Assembly: GCA_034530615.2 (NCBI GenBank)
Contig: JAVRCV020000015.1
Span: forward strand, 96,001-160,000
Direction: 5' to 3'
DNA length: 64,000 bases
Origin: Aulosira sp. ZfuVER01
GTDB lineage: Bacteria; Cyanobacteriota; Cyanobacteriia; Cyanobacteriales; Nostocaceae
Part shown: one piece after another, positions 20,625-31,032 of the stretch
Position numbering within the stretch: position 1 is the stretch's first letter
Layout: the number at the start of each line of letters is the position of its first letter
Position numbers and translations under genes: made by a program
The notes under the pieces: model-generated
Told to the model about the DNA's origin: nothing
Database searches by the model: none
What the model saw: only the letters and a program-made list of their open reading frames with translations

Positions 20625-23600
20625 GTGCAAATCCTCCACCTCGACCTCAAACCAGTTGATGAGAATTACGTAGAGTTACGTTATTTTGTTGATAATCCAA
20701 ATCAGTATGAAAGGCGATCGCTTGCTTTAACAGAAATCGCTGATTTGATTGAGTTGGCGGAACGAGATTATTACGTTTCGTCGTTACCAGAGGATTATAC
20801 GGTAACTGGGCGGCGATTATATAAATGGTTGGATGGGAGCGATCGCACTCTGCAATCCTTACTAGATAAGCATCGGCGGGAAGGGGTGATGTTAGCGATC
20901 GCTACATCTGAAAAACTCGCCCATCTACCTTGGGAAGTTTTGCATGATGGTAGTAGTTTCTTGGTGCAACGTGTACCGGCGGTAGTCCCGGTGCGGTGGG
21001 TGTCGGATAGCACGGTAAAAAAATTGACTGTTGATGGGGAACTAGAAAACCGGGCTTTGCAAGTTTTGTTTATGGCAACTTCGCCGTTGGATGTTGCACC
21101 TGTGCTGGATTTTGAGGCGGAGGAAGCAAAGATTCTAGAAGCGACAGCACGACAACCTTTAGCATTGACTGTGGAAGAAAGCGGCTGTTTGTCGGAGTTG
21201 GGTTATTTAGTCGATAGTTACGACAGGGATTATTTTGATGTTTTACACCTGACTGGTCATGCTACTTTACAAGATGGGCAACCGCGCTTTGTTACAGAAA
21301 CTCTAACAGGTGAAGCTTACTATGCCAGTGCGGAAGATATCGCCCAAGAATTACAATTTCGACTGCCTAAACTGATTTTCCTCTCTGGTTGTCGCACTGG
21401 GCAAGCTGGGAATGCAGGTGATGTGCCTTCAATGGCGGAAGAATTGCTGAAGTCAGGAGCAAAAGCGGTTTTGGGTTGGGGGCAAAAAGTTTTAGATCCG
21501 GATGCGACAGATGCGGCTGCGGCATTGTATCAGGAATTGTCGGCGGGGAAGCAAATCGCTGAGGCTGTTGCGAGTACCTACCAAGCATTAATTAAGAACA
21601 AAGCGCGGGATTGGCATTTATTGCGGTTGTATGCAGCAGGTAATTTACCGAGTTCTTTAGTCACACCCTTGCGGACTCGGGGACGGAAACCAGCACCACC
21701 GCCTTCTGTTACTACCCAGTTTTTAGATCCTGCGGGTAAGGTGAAAGTCCCGACGCGGGAAAGTTTTGTTGGTCGTCGCCGTCAATTGCAAAATTGTTTA
21801 AGGGTACTGACGCAATCAACCGATGAAATTGGAGTGTTGATTCATGGCATGGGCGGTTTAGGTAAAAGTAGTTTAGCAGCTAGGCTGTGCGACAGACTGC
21901 CGAATTTTGAGCGCGTTGTTTGGGTAGGACACATTGATGAAGCTAGTTTAGTGAGTCGCTTGGCGGAAAAGTTGGATGACAACGAACAACGCAAAAGCTT
22001 ACAAAATTACGATGAAGAATTGAAGTTTCGGCTGCGGCGAGTTTTCCAGCAATTGCATGAGGGTGGAAAGTCGTTTTTGTTGGTGCTGGATGACTTTGAA
22101 GGAAATTTAGAACCCCGCAATGAGGGTTATGTGCTGCAAGCGGCAGCAGCCGAAGTGTTGAAAGCTTTAGTTTGGACGATTAGAGAAAATTACACATCCC
22201 ACCGCATCATTATTACTTGCCGTTACGATTTTGAATTTAGCCAGTTGCAGTATTTCTACAAGCAGCCATTGGAAGCAATGCGAGGCGCAGATTTGCGAAA
22301 AAAGTTTAATCGCCTCACTGCCTTTGGTGCTAAATCTCAGGTGGATGAGGCGTTGAAGTTACAAGCGCAGAGGTTGGCGGATGGGAATCCCCGCTTGCTG
22401 GAATGGTTGGATAAGATTCTGCAAAATACAACAGTCGATCAAGCCGCAATTTTAAATCGGTTAGTAGCCGATCCGGTGGAGTTGCGAGAGCAAGTTTTGG
22501 CAGAGGCGCTGCTGCAACAGATGGATACAACCATGAGGGAGATGTTGTCACGGGGTTTAGTGTTTGAGTTACCAGTACCCAAGGAAGCTTTAGCGGCAGT
22601 TTGTGAGAGTATCCCCAATTTGGAAGATTACATTAATCGGGCGGTGGCGTTGGGGTTGTTGGAAGTCAGCCATGATGAGGCGTTGCGAGTGCCGCGCATT
22701 TTGCCTGTCCATTTAGCAGAAGACGGGGAAGCTTTGTATAGGCAAGCGGCTGAGGTGTTGTATCGCCTTTGGCATAGGGGCAAAGGCTACAGAGAAGAAC
22801 AAATGCTACAAATGCATTGGCTTGCATCACGGGGGAAGTTGGAAAAAATAATTGTAGAGATTGCAATAGGACTAATCCCTGAATGGGTTAACCGTAGTAG
22901 ATTTCGTGAAACCATCAAGATTTGCCAAGATACGTTAGCAATCGTTGAAAATAATCGTATTCTCTCGATTTTAGCCTTTGCTGAACATCAATTAGGTAAG
23001 GTTGATCAAGCATTAGAGCATTATCAACAGGCATTAAAATGCTGTCCACCAGACGATAAAAACAGAAAAGTGGAAACGCTTTATATGTTGGGAATTTTGC
23101 AGAATGCTATTGGACAGTTTGCAGAAGCAATTATTAGCAATCAACAATCTCTAAAAATTTTGGAAGGTATTTGGCAGAGTAGAGCTACAGAAATATACCA
23201 ATTGTTAATGCACAAAGCCAAATCAGAACAAATTGAAGAAGCCATAGAACTGTACCGTAATGCCACAAACGCTAAGGCATTAAACTTACTCCAACTGTCA
23301 GTTTATAAAAATAATATTGGCAACATCGAAGAAGCAATTGATCTTTGCCAACACTCATTGTTGCTCAGTCAAAGTATAGGTGATAGTCGTTTAATGGCAA
23401 CAATCCTGAACCAACTATCAATCCTTACAGGCAACACTGGTAACATTGAAGAAGCATTTACTCTTGCTCAAAAATCTTTAGCTCTTAAAGAGGATACTGG
23501 TAATATCCAAGGTAAAGCAGCAACCTTGCATCAACTAGCAAGCCTCGAAGCTCAGACTGGAAAAAGCGAGGAAGCCATAGCTATTTATCAAGAATCTATA

Positions 23601-24707
23601 GCTCTTAAAGACAGCATTGGTGATGTCTATGGTAAAGCTATGACATTGTGGCATTTAGGATGTATTGAAGCGGAAACAAATAAAAATTTTAATCAAGCTT
23701 TAGTTTATTTACAACAGTCATGGGAAATTTTAGAGCAACTCAAATCTCCTAATGCTGAGAAAGTGAAACAATCACTTGCCAAAGCAAAAACACAGGCAGG
23801 TAAACAGAAATTTGCACAAGGTAAATTTGAAGAAGCACTTGATTTATATGAACAATCTCTTGTACTTCAAGAAAACAATACCGAAACCTCTCTTAGGGCA
23901 GCTACTCTACATCAATTAGCAATTCTGAAAGCTAACTTAGGCGATATTGCTGTGGCAATTACACTTTTTCGGCAGGCACTTGCAATTGAAGAATTTGCTA
24001 ATAATTTACAAGAAAAGGCAAAGACACTATCAATGCTAGGGCAGTTATTGGCAGTACAGGAAGACTTTGATGAAGGATTAGATTATTTACAAAAATCTTT
24101 GGATATATTCCAAAATATCCAATCACCTGATGCTGACATAGTAAGAGAAGCAATCGCTAGATTAGAACGGACACGAGCAGTATTTCTCTATGACCAGGCA
24201 ATAATAAAAATCGAACAGGATCAACCACAACAAGCAATCACTCTTTTTCAGCAATCTCTGATACTTACTGAACATATTGGTGATGTTCAAGGTCAGGCTG
24301 TGACGTTGCAGCAATTGGGAATACTCAAAGCCAATAACGGAGAAACAGAAGAAGCGATCGCCCTATATCAACAATCCCTGGCGCTCAAGGAACAAATCGG
24401 CGATGTCCAAGCCAAAGCGGCGACGTTGCAAGAACTGGGGAGACTCAAAGCCAATGGCGGCGAAATCACCGAAGCGATCGCCCTTTTTCAAAAATCCCTG
24501 GCACTTTTTGAACAAATCGGCAATGTCCAAGGCAAAGCAATGACGTTGTGGTGGTTAGGGGGTATAGCAGAACAACAGGGTAATTACAATCAAGCACTAG
24601 ATTATTTGCAGCCAGCTTTGGAAATATTGCAGCGTATCCAATCACCTGATGCTGAGAGAGTGAGGCAAATGGTAGCGAGAGTACAAGATTTAATTCGTAA
24701 TTCGTAA
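20625..24707 (+). CDS. CHAT (caspase-like) protease-STAND NTPase-TPR protein
   Basis: LPWE, LHLTGH and FLSGC catalytic motifs; HGMGGLGKS and LLVLDDFE Walker motifs; many TPRs. Confidence 0.9.
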   Translation: MQILHLDLKPVDENYVELRYFVDNPNQYERRSLALTEIADLIELAERDYYVSSLPEDYTVTGRRLYKWLDGSDRTLQSLLDKHRREGVMLAIATSEKLAHLPWEVLHDGSSFLVQRVPAVVPVRWVSDSTVKKLTVDGELENRALQVLFMATSPLDVAPVLDFEAEEAKILEATARQPLALTVEESGCLSELGYLVDSYDRDYFDVLHLTGHATLQDGQPRFVTETLTGEAYYASAEDIAQELQFRLPKLIFLSGCRTGQAGNAGDVPSMAEELLKSGAKAVLGWGQKVLDPDATDAAAALYQELSAGKQIAEAVASTYQALIKNKARDWHLLRLYAAGNLPSSLVTPLRTRGRKPAPPPSVTTQFLDPAGKVKVPTRESFVGRRRQLQNCLRVLTQSTDEIGVLIHGMGGLGKSSLAARLCDRLPNFERVVWVGHIDEASLVSRLAEKLDDNEQRKSLQNYDEELKFRLRRVFQQLHEGGKSFLLVLDDFEGNLEPRNEGYVLQAAAAEVLKALVWTIRENYTSHRIIITCRYDFEFSQLQYFYKQPLEAMRGADLRKKFNRLTAFGAKSQVDEALKLQAQRLADGNPRLLEWLDKILQNTTVDQAAILNRLVADPVELREQVLAEALLQQMDTTMREMLSRGLVFELPVPKEALAAVCESIPNLEDYINRAVALGLLEVSHDEALRVPRILPVHLAEDGEALYRQAAEVLYRLWHRGKGYREEQMLQMHWLASRGKLEKIIVEIAIGLIPEWVNRSRFRETIKICQDTLAIVENNRILSILAFAEHQLGKVDQALEHYQQALKCCPPDDKNRKVETLYMLGILQNAIGQFAEAIISNQQSLKILEGIWQSRATEIYQLLMHKAKSEQIEEAIELYRNATNAKALNLLQLSVYKNNIGNIEEAIDLCQHSLLLSQSIGDSRLMATILNQLSILTGNTGNIEEAFTLAQKSLALKEDTGNIQGKAATLHQLASLEAQTGKSEEAIAIYQESIALKDSIGDVYGKAMTLWHLGCIEAETNKNFNQALVYLQQSWEILEQLKSPNAEKVKQSLAKAKTQAGKQKFAQGKFEEALDLYEQSLVLQENNTETSLRAATLHQLAILKANLGDIAVAITLFRQALAIEEFANNLQEKAKTLSMLGQLLAVQEDFDEGLDYLQKSLDIFQNIQSPDADIVREAIARLERTRAVFLYDQAIIKIEQDQPQQAITLFQQSLILTEHIGDVQGQAVTLQQLGILKANNGETEEAIALYQQSLALKEQIGDVQAKAATLQELGRLKANGGEITEAIALFQKSLALFEQIGNVQGKAMTLWWLGGIAEQQGNYNQALDYLQPALEILQRIQSPDAERVRQMVARVQDLIRNS

Positions 24708-24754
24708 TTAAGGAACTTGGAATTTACACCATCTTCAGTTGATCGCTTATAAAA

Positions 24755-24794
24755 CGTCATTGCGAGCGAAACGGAGTGGAGCGAAGCAATCGCA
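24755..24794. repeat. Cyanobacterial dispersed repeat
   Basis: cgtcattgcgagcgaaacggagtggagcgaagcaatcgca, a pattern I recognise as common in Nostocales intergenic DNA. Confidence 0.55.
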
Positions 24795-25088
24795 GAGGCT
24801 TTGCACTCCGTTAATGAGTCTTTGAACTCCGTTAACGAGGCTCTGAACTCCATTAATGAGTCTTTGCACTCCATTAATGAGTCTCTGAACTCCGTTAATG
24901 AGTCTCTGAACTCCGTTAACGAGGCTCTGAACTCCGTTAATGAGTCTTTGAACTCCGTTAATGAGGCTTTGAACTCCGTTAACGAGGCTCTGAACTCCGT
25001 TAACGAGTCTTTGAACTCCGTTGACGGGTCTTGAAGCTCCGTTAATGAGGCTCTGAACTCCGTTAACGAGGCTTTGATACTCGTTCAC
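24795..25088. repeat. Tandem array of fourteen 21-bp units
   Basis: Consensus GAG(G/T)CT(C/T)TGAACTCCGTTAA(C/T), no spacers; units 12 and 14 degenerate. Confidence 0.95.
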
Positions 25089-25155
25089 CAGTTTTTGAGA
25101 CTAGTACTTGGGTTATCCTAGCTTGCATCTACCCCAATTCAGCCCGAAGCAGATT

Positions 25156-25833
25156 CTAAACCAAAGAATCTGGATCTACGCCCAGCGATCTGAGACGTTC
25201 TGCCAGCATTTGAGCACGTTGTTCTGCTTGTTGCACTCGTTCTTCTGGTGTTAATAAACGCTTTCCTGACTCGTTATACCAGTAAAGCCACTCGCGGGTA
25301 ACGCCTAAATATGTACCCCTTTCGCTACCAATCCCTAACCCAATTTCCGGTAGCCAAACGGGATTTCCTCGCTGCAATTGATACTTGCCATTTACCAAGC
25401 GATACACTTCTAAAGTCGCTTTTCTCCGTCGCTGGGGATTATAAACGACATAATATAAAACTTCTAACTGGGCATAAAATTCTTTCTTGGTGCTGTATTC
25501 CCCGCGCCGTGTTTGAAAAACCACTTCTAATGCCATAATTGGCACGCGCTGTTCTTCCCAAAGCACATAACTTAAACGCAGATTCTCATCAAAAATTCGT
25601 TCAACTCCCAGACTCAAAAACCCATCTGGTACAATTGCCGGCTGATCGGGATCGTAATAAATCCCCATATCAACGCCGAAAAACCAGTCCATACGATCTG
25701 CCCAGACAAAAGCTAGTATGGCTTTGAGTAAACCGGAAACCAAATTTTGTAATTCATTATCTACAGGGGTATCGTCAGAGTCGGGCAAATCCTCGGCTGA
25801 AGGTAAGCAGTCTAGCGGATCGTACTGTAGCAT
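25156..25833 (-). CDS. Uma2 (DUF820) family protein
   Basis: LPSAEDLPDSDDTPVDNELQ, IVPDGFLS, coiled-coil tail. Confidence 0.9.
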   Translation of the reverse strand: MLQYDPLDCLPSAEDLPDSDDTPVDNELQNLVSGLLKAILAFVWADRMDWFFGVDMGIYYDPDQPAIVPDGFLSLGVERIFDENLRLSYVLWEEQRVPIMALEVVFQTRRGEYSTKKEFYAQLEVLYYVVYNPQRRRKATLEVYRLVNGKYQLQRGNPVWLPEIGLGIGSERGTYLGVTREWLYWYNESGKRLLTPEERVQQAEQRAQMLAERLRSLGVDPDSLV

Positions 25834-26134
25834 GACCTGATTAGCGTTGATCTCATACTTTGATCATAGTGCTGCTTACACAGCACCTAGCCCTGGCGAT
25901 TAGAAAAATACTGTATAAGTAGCATTGCCTCTTTAATTTGGGTAGAAAATAAAATTTATCACAACAGAAACATCAGCTTTTTAAGCCTCTTCGCCGACGG
26001 CGAGAGGTTTGGACAGGGGTTCTTTAAATACATCTAACTCACGTTCCAATACGCAAATTGGGGAACCCCTACACATGAGTGGCTCCCCAACCTACAAAAA
26101 TTCAATTCCCACAACTTTTTGCGGTGATGTGTAC

Positions 26135-27043
26135 TTAGGGAATGGGAAGCGATCGCAATAATCGCTCTACAATACTTCGCGCACTACGGCCTCCCCTAGG
26201 AATGAGGCGATGACAAAGAACATGAGGAACAAGAAATTTCACGTCATCGGGAATCGCATAATCACGCCCCAAAATAAAAGCTAGTGCTTGGGTAGCTTTT
26301 TGCAAGGATACTGTACCGCGAGGGCTGACACCAAGAGAAATTTCCTCATCCTGCCTTGTCGCCCTTACCAATTCTAAAATGTACTGTTGCAAAGGAGTTT
26401 CCACTCTTACCTGAGAGCAGAGTTGGCGCAATTGAGCTACTTCTGCCAAAGTAATACAAGCCTGTAAATCCTCAACCTTGATATTATCCGCAAGGTTTTG
26501 CAACATTTGCAGTTCATCTGCTTCCGAAGGATATCCCAAACTCAAAGACAGCATAAACCGATCCATCTGCGCTTCTGGTAAGGGAAAAGTGCCTTGATAC
26601 TCAATCGGGTTCTGAGTAGCAATCACAAAGAAAGGCGTAGGAACAGCACGAGAAACCCCATCAACTGTGACTTGATGTTCCTCCATCACTTCTAGCAAAG
26701 CTGACTGAGTACGAGGTGTAGCGCGGTTGATTTCGTCAGCTAGCAGCACATTGGCAAATATTGGGCCAGGGAGAAAGCTAAATTCGCCGCTTTTCGGGTT
26801 CCAAATGTTAGTGCCAGTGATATCAGTAGGCAGTAAGTCTGGGGTACATTGTAGTCGTTGAAACTTACCATCAACTGAACGAGCCAAGGATTTAGCTAGA
26901 AGGGTTTTCCCAACACCAGGGACATCTTCTAGCAAAGCATGACCACCGCCTAAAAGAGCGACTAGCACCAAACGTATTGCATCTGTTTTACCAACGATGG
27001 TACGAGACAGGTTTTGTGTTAGAGCGTCAATTTTTTCTCTCAT
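26135..27043 (-). CDS. MoxR family AAA+ ATPase
   Basis: EDVPGVGKT, DEINRATPRTQSALLE, ATQNPIE; start trimmed to MREKID. Confidence 0.93.
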   Translation of the reverse strand: MREKIDALTQNLSRTIVGKTDAIRLVLVALLGGGHALLEDVPGVGKTLLAKSLARSVDGKFQRLQCTPDLLPTDITGTNIWNPKSGEFSFLPGPIFANVLLADEINRATPRTQSALLEVMEEHQVTVDGVSRAVPTPFFVIATQNPIEYQGTFPLPEAQMDRFMLSLSLGYPSEADELQMLQNLADNIKVEDLQACITLAEVAQLRQLCSQVRVETPLQQYILELVRATRQDEEISLGVSPRGTVSLQKATQALAFILGRDYAIPDDVKFLVPHVLCHRLIPRGGRSARSIVERLLRSLPIP

Positions 27044-27051
27044 GCACCACA

Positions 27052-27170
27052 AGATTGGGGAATTGGGGATTGGGCATCGGAAACAATTTTAGATTTTAGA
27101 TTTTGGATTTCAATCTAAAATCCAAAATCGCAAATCCAAAATCCAAAATTCCTTGTCCCTAGTCCCCTTT
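27052..27170. repeat. Short tandem heptamer repeats (STRR-type)
   Basis: attgggg, ttttaga and aaatcca runs. Confidence 0.75.
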
Positions 27171-27198
27171 AGTTTTCCCAATCAGCACTCACAACTCA

Positions 27199-28320
27199 TC
27201 ACTCAGAAAGCAAAACTTCTTTAGCGACAGTGCAATCAAGTTGAATTTGCGTTTTCAAGGCTTCTAGAGAAGAAAATTTTTGTTCGGGGCGGAGAAATTG
27301 TACTAGCTGCACAGCCAGCTTTTTACCATACAAATCTTCAGCCCAATCGAACAAATGAATTTCCACAGATGTATCAGTACCATCGACTGTGGGACGATTC
27401 CCGATATTCATCACTCCCAGTTGGGGATGAGCCGCATCTGGTGTTTCATCGAGAATGGAAACGCGGACAGCATAAACGCCTAGGCGCGGCAAAAACTTAT
27501 CTTTTGGGAGTTGGAGGTTAGCTGTAGGAAAACCAATAGTTCTACCAAGCTGCTTACCTTGAATCACAACACCAAAGAGAGTATAAGGGCGTCCTAGGAG
27601 GAGATTTGCGCTTTTGATATCCCCATTTTCTAGGGTTTGGCGGATCAGCGAAGTACTAATTGGTGGCTCTTGCGTTGCAGGAATGCTCAGACAATTAGTA
27701 TCTGCTGGCAAGTTACCGCTATCTGTATAGGTTTCTAAGGCAACAATTGTTACAGGAATATCATACTTAGCGGCGAGTAATTGTAAATCCTTGGCTGTAC
27801 CAGTGCGCTGTTTGCCAAAACAAAAATCTTGCCCAACACTAAGTTGCTGACATCTGAGTTGTTGTATGAGAATCTTTTCGACGAAATCTTCTGGAGATAA
27901 AGCAGATAATTCTTTATCAAAGGGCAATAGTACCAGCTGTTCTATCCCCAGCGATCGCAATTGTTCAACTTTCTCATCAAGTGGAGTTAATAAAGCACGG
28001 GGTTGTCCCGAAAAAAACTCCTGTGGATGGGGATGAAAAGTGACAACAGTTGAGTAGATATGTTCTTGTGTTGATGCTGTGGGGGTTTTTTGTTGGGGTG
28101 AGAGTTCTAGTACATTTCTCTCATCTGCCACCAAGTTGCGATCGCCCAAAGCAGTCTCTGGGACTTGTCTTTTTGCCCGCCGCAAAACCGGTTGGATGAC
28201 TCTTTGATGACCAAGATGCACACCATCAAATTTGCCAAGAGCAACAGCAGTTGGCGTTAGCAGCCCTTCGGTCGCAGACGCAACCCGCACAGAACACCCA
28301 TTTTGAGACAAATTTAGCAC
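27199..28320 (-). CDS. ribF: Bifunctional riboflavin kinase/FAD synthetase
   Basis: GKFDGVHLGH, ISTSLIR, GRTIGFPTAN, NIGNRPT. Confidence 0.96.
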   Translation of the reverse strand: MLNLSQNGCSVRVASATEGLLTPTAVALGKFDGVHLGHQRVIQPVLRRAKRQVPETALGDRNLVADERNVLELSPQQKTPTASTQEHIYSTVVTFHPHPQEFFSGQPRALLTPLDEKVEQLRSLGIEQLVLLPFDKELSALSPEDFVEKILIQQLRCQQLSVGQDFCFGKQRTGTAKDLQLLAAKYDIPVTIVALETYTDSGNLPADTNCLSIPATQEPPISTSLIRQTLENGDIKSANLLLGRPYTLFGVVIQGKQLGRTIGFPTANLQLPKDKFLPRLGVYAVRVSILDETPDAAHPQLGVMNIGNRPTVDGTDTSVEIHLFDWAEDLYGKKLAVQLVQFLRPEQKFSSLEALKTQIQLDCTVAKEVLLSE

Positions 28321-28383
28321 GTGGATTCTGGGATTTTAGGTTTATTTAGCTATCAGCCACAAGCTACCCTATGGGTAACTGCC

Positions 28384-28729
28384 AAGAGGAGGACACATTT
28401 TACGAATGGCCCACTACTCCACTGATTGTAAAGCCGGAGCGTCTTCGGCTCTTACCCTGGCATTTTGTGCCATCAGCCGAAGTGTTTACACTACTCCTTT
28501 GACTATTGTCGCAAGTGAGGGCGTCTTGCGCTGTCGGCTTGACGGCTCGTTGCTGAGTCCAGAGAACCCCACACCAAAGCCAAAAAGGCTCTAGCTGTAA
28601 ATTTTGGGTATGGCGAGTATTTTACCCGGTCAGACTCAATAGAGGTAGTCTCTGGGCATTTACGCTTCCCTGGTAAACCCGCAAAGGTGTCTTCCAGTTT
28701 TTGCAGTTTAGCCAAAAGTAACCTCTCCC
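28384..28729 (-). ncRNA. Candidate large structured RNA (~345 nt), family not recognised
   Basis: More than a dozen mutually compatible nested stems; G-U pairs favour the minus strand; no convincing ORF. Confidence 0.6.
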
Positions 28730-28788
28730 GCTTAGAGCTTGCGATCGCTAATCTAATCTAAAATCTACCATTGCTTCCACTGCAAGCT

Positions 28789-29685
28789 TTAGGCAGAAAA
28801 GTTGCTCACAGGACAAGATTCTGATACTGACATAGAAACAGGAATATTTAGTACCATTCCTTCCCTGGCCATGATTGCATTCGGAAATTGCTCAACTACT
28901 TGTTTACCTATACCATCCAAAAAATCATCGTTGTGTGCGGGGTCATGGTGGAAAATTACTAAAGTCTTGACTTTAGCAGCTTTAGCCACCTTCACAGCTT
29001 CTTGCCAAGTAGAATGTCCCCAACCAATTCTGGGCGATGTTGGAGAATGGTACTCGTCATCAGTATAGGTAGAATCGTAGATGAGGATGTCCGCATTCCG
29101 AGATAGCCACAGGACATTTTCATCCAAGCGATCGGGAAAATGTTCAGTATCGGTAATATATGCAGCAGCGCCATCACGCCAGTTAATTCGATAGCCTACA
29201 GCTTCACCGGGATGGTTGAGTGGTGCTGTTTCTACGGTAATGTCATTGATGTGTATTGTTTGCCCTGCGGTAATGTCACAAAAATTCAAGTTTGCCTGCA
29301 TAATTTGCAAAGGCACCGGAAAATTTGGGTGGAGCATTTGGTCATTGAGACGCTGTTCGATTGTGGAACCATCAGGAGCAATTGCGCCGTAGATCTTAAA
29401 ATTGTTCCCCTTGATAAATCCTGGAGCAAAGAAGGGAAATCCCTGCATGTGGTCCCAGTGAGAATGAGTGAAGAACAGATGACCTTCTGTCGGCATTTGG
29501 CGCAACAAAGATTGCCCCAAAACATGTAGTCCGGTTCCACCATCGAAAATTAAGCGTTTACCGCCCACTTGCATTTCAATGCAAGGGGTATTACCGCCAT
29601 AACGCACGGTGTGTGTTCCTGGACTGGGGATGCTGCCGCGAACGCCCCAAAATTGCACGGTAAATTGGTTATCTAACCTAGACAT
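28789..29685 (-). CDS. MBL-fold metallo-hydrolase
   Basis: WGVRGS, GGNT, THSHWDH, WGHS, FHHDP; start trimmed to MSRLD. Confidence 0.9.
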   Translation of the reverse strand: MSRLDNQFTVQFWGVRGSIPSPGTHTVRYGGNTPCIEMQVGGKRLIFDGGTGLHVLGQSLLRQMPTEGHLFFTHSHWDHMQGFPFFAPGFIKGNNFKIYGAIAPDGSTIEQRLNDQMLHPNFPVPLQIMQANLNFCDITAGQTIHINDITVETAPLNHPGEAVGYRINWRDGAAAYITDTEHFPDRLDENVLWLSRNADILIYDSTYTDDEYHSPTSPRIGWGHSTWQEAVKVAKAAKVKTLVIFHHDPAHNDDFLDGIGKQVVEQFPNAIMAREGMVLNIPVSMSVSESCPVSNFSA

Positions 29686-29978
29686 GGGTGTTGCTTGCTG
29701 GACTGAGCGGGCGATCAATAAAACAAATTGTTACTTATTTTTGTTCAGTTTATGCGGTATTACCATTTTGCTAGAGGAGAATTTCTTGGTAAAACAGCAT
29801 ACCTTTTTTAAGGCTAGTTTTGTAAACCTGAGTGAGATATTACTAAGCACAAGCCTTAAGTTGTTTGGGCTTAAGTTAGCAGTGAGATCGAGAGCGTTTC
29901 TACTTTATATCCTAAATTTGGCGATAATGTATTTAACTACCTCCAGAGTTTCAAAGTTTTCTTTGAATAACAAAGTTT

Positions 29979-30776
29979 TCACGGAAATTTAAATTCCCAC
30001 TCCGACAATTGGGTGATGCCATTTGCGTATGTGAGATTGTATTGTAATGGCGTTATACTAATGTAGTTTTTACGGATAACATGCACGTCAATGGGTATGT
30101 TTTGAGGCAAGTTGAAGCCTTCTGGCGGTTCTACATCCTCAAGCACTTCACCCGTTAACCAGTAGTAGGTTTTACCACGAGGATCGACTCGCTTGTCAAA
30201 AACATCAACGTAGCGCCGCACTCCCTGACGAGTGATTGTGACTCCAGCAATTTCTTCCCACTGTACAGGGGGAATATTGACATTGAGTAACATCAACTCT
30301 GGCAGGGGTTTGGCTGCCAATTGTGCTACTAGAATTTGGGCAAAGCGAGCAGCAGCTTGAAAGTCTTTAGATGTATGACTGGCAAGACTCAAGGCGACAC
30401 TGGGAAGGCCTTCAATTATACCTTCCATCGCAGCAGACACCGTTCCGGAATAAAGAATTTCCGTCCCTAAATTGGCTCCTTGGTTAATGCCAGAAAGTAC
30501 TAATTCAGGTGGTGAATCTAACAAAGCCCAAAGTGCCAATTTCACACAGTCTGATGGTGTGCCATCGCAAGCCCAAGCTTTGACTGCTGGGTGAAAAATG
30601 GACTCGACAATTTCTGCGCGAATTGGTTGGTGTAAGGTTAATCCATGTCCAGTTGCCGATCGCTCTCGATCTGGGCAAACTACGGTCACATCATGACCTG
30701 CCTCTGCCAAGCTGTTGGCTAAGGTACGAATACCCAAGGCAGAAACTCCGTCATCATTGCTAATGAGTAATTTCAT
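29979..30776 (-). CDS. surE: 5'/3'-nucleotidase SurE
   Basis: [30 protein letters not shown]. Confidence 0.97.
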   Translation of the reverse strand: MKLLISNDDGVSALGIRTLANSLAEAGHDVTVVCPDRERSATGHGLTLHQPIRAEIVESIFHPAVKAWACDGTPSDCVKLALWALLDSPPELVLSGINQGANLGTEILYSGTVSAAMEGIIEGLPSVALSLASHTSKDFQAAARFAQILVAQLAAKPLPELMLLNVNIPPVQWEEIAGVTITRQGVRRYVDVFDKRVDPRGKTYYWLTGEVLEDVEPPEGFNLPQNIPIDVHVIRKNYISITPLQYNLTYANGITQLSEWEFKFP

Positions 30777-31032
30777 CGTTATTGGTCATTAGTCATTGGT
30801 CATTAGTCATTAGTTATTTGATATTAGACATTTGTCAATGTCTGGTGTCACAAGCATCAGGCAAAAAAAACATCCTCACACACCTAATCACCTCTAAACT
30901 GGTAAACAGAGGTTTGGTTCGCCCTAGCCTTTGGCCTGTTAAGGTCATATTACTAAGCTCATTGGTGATTTGTTCTTAGTTCTAGAATTAATGACAAATG
31001 ACGAATGACAAATGACTAATGATTAATAACTA

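Noticed and set aside
24795..25088. CRISPR array
   Set aside because: Head-to-tail 21-mers without unique spacers.
28384..28729. FMN riboswitch or small ORFs (28406-28594, 28503-28715)
   Set aside because: RFN consensus motifs are absent, and the ORFs have no recognisable features and overlap the stems.
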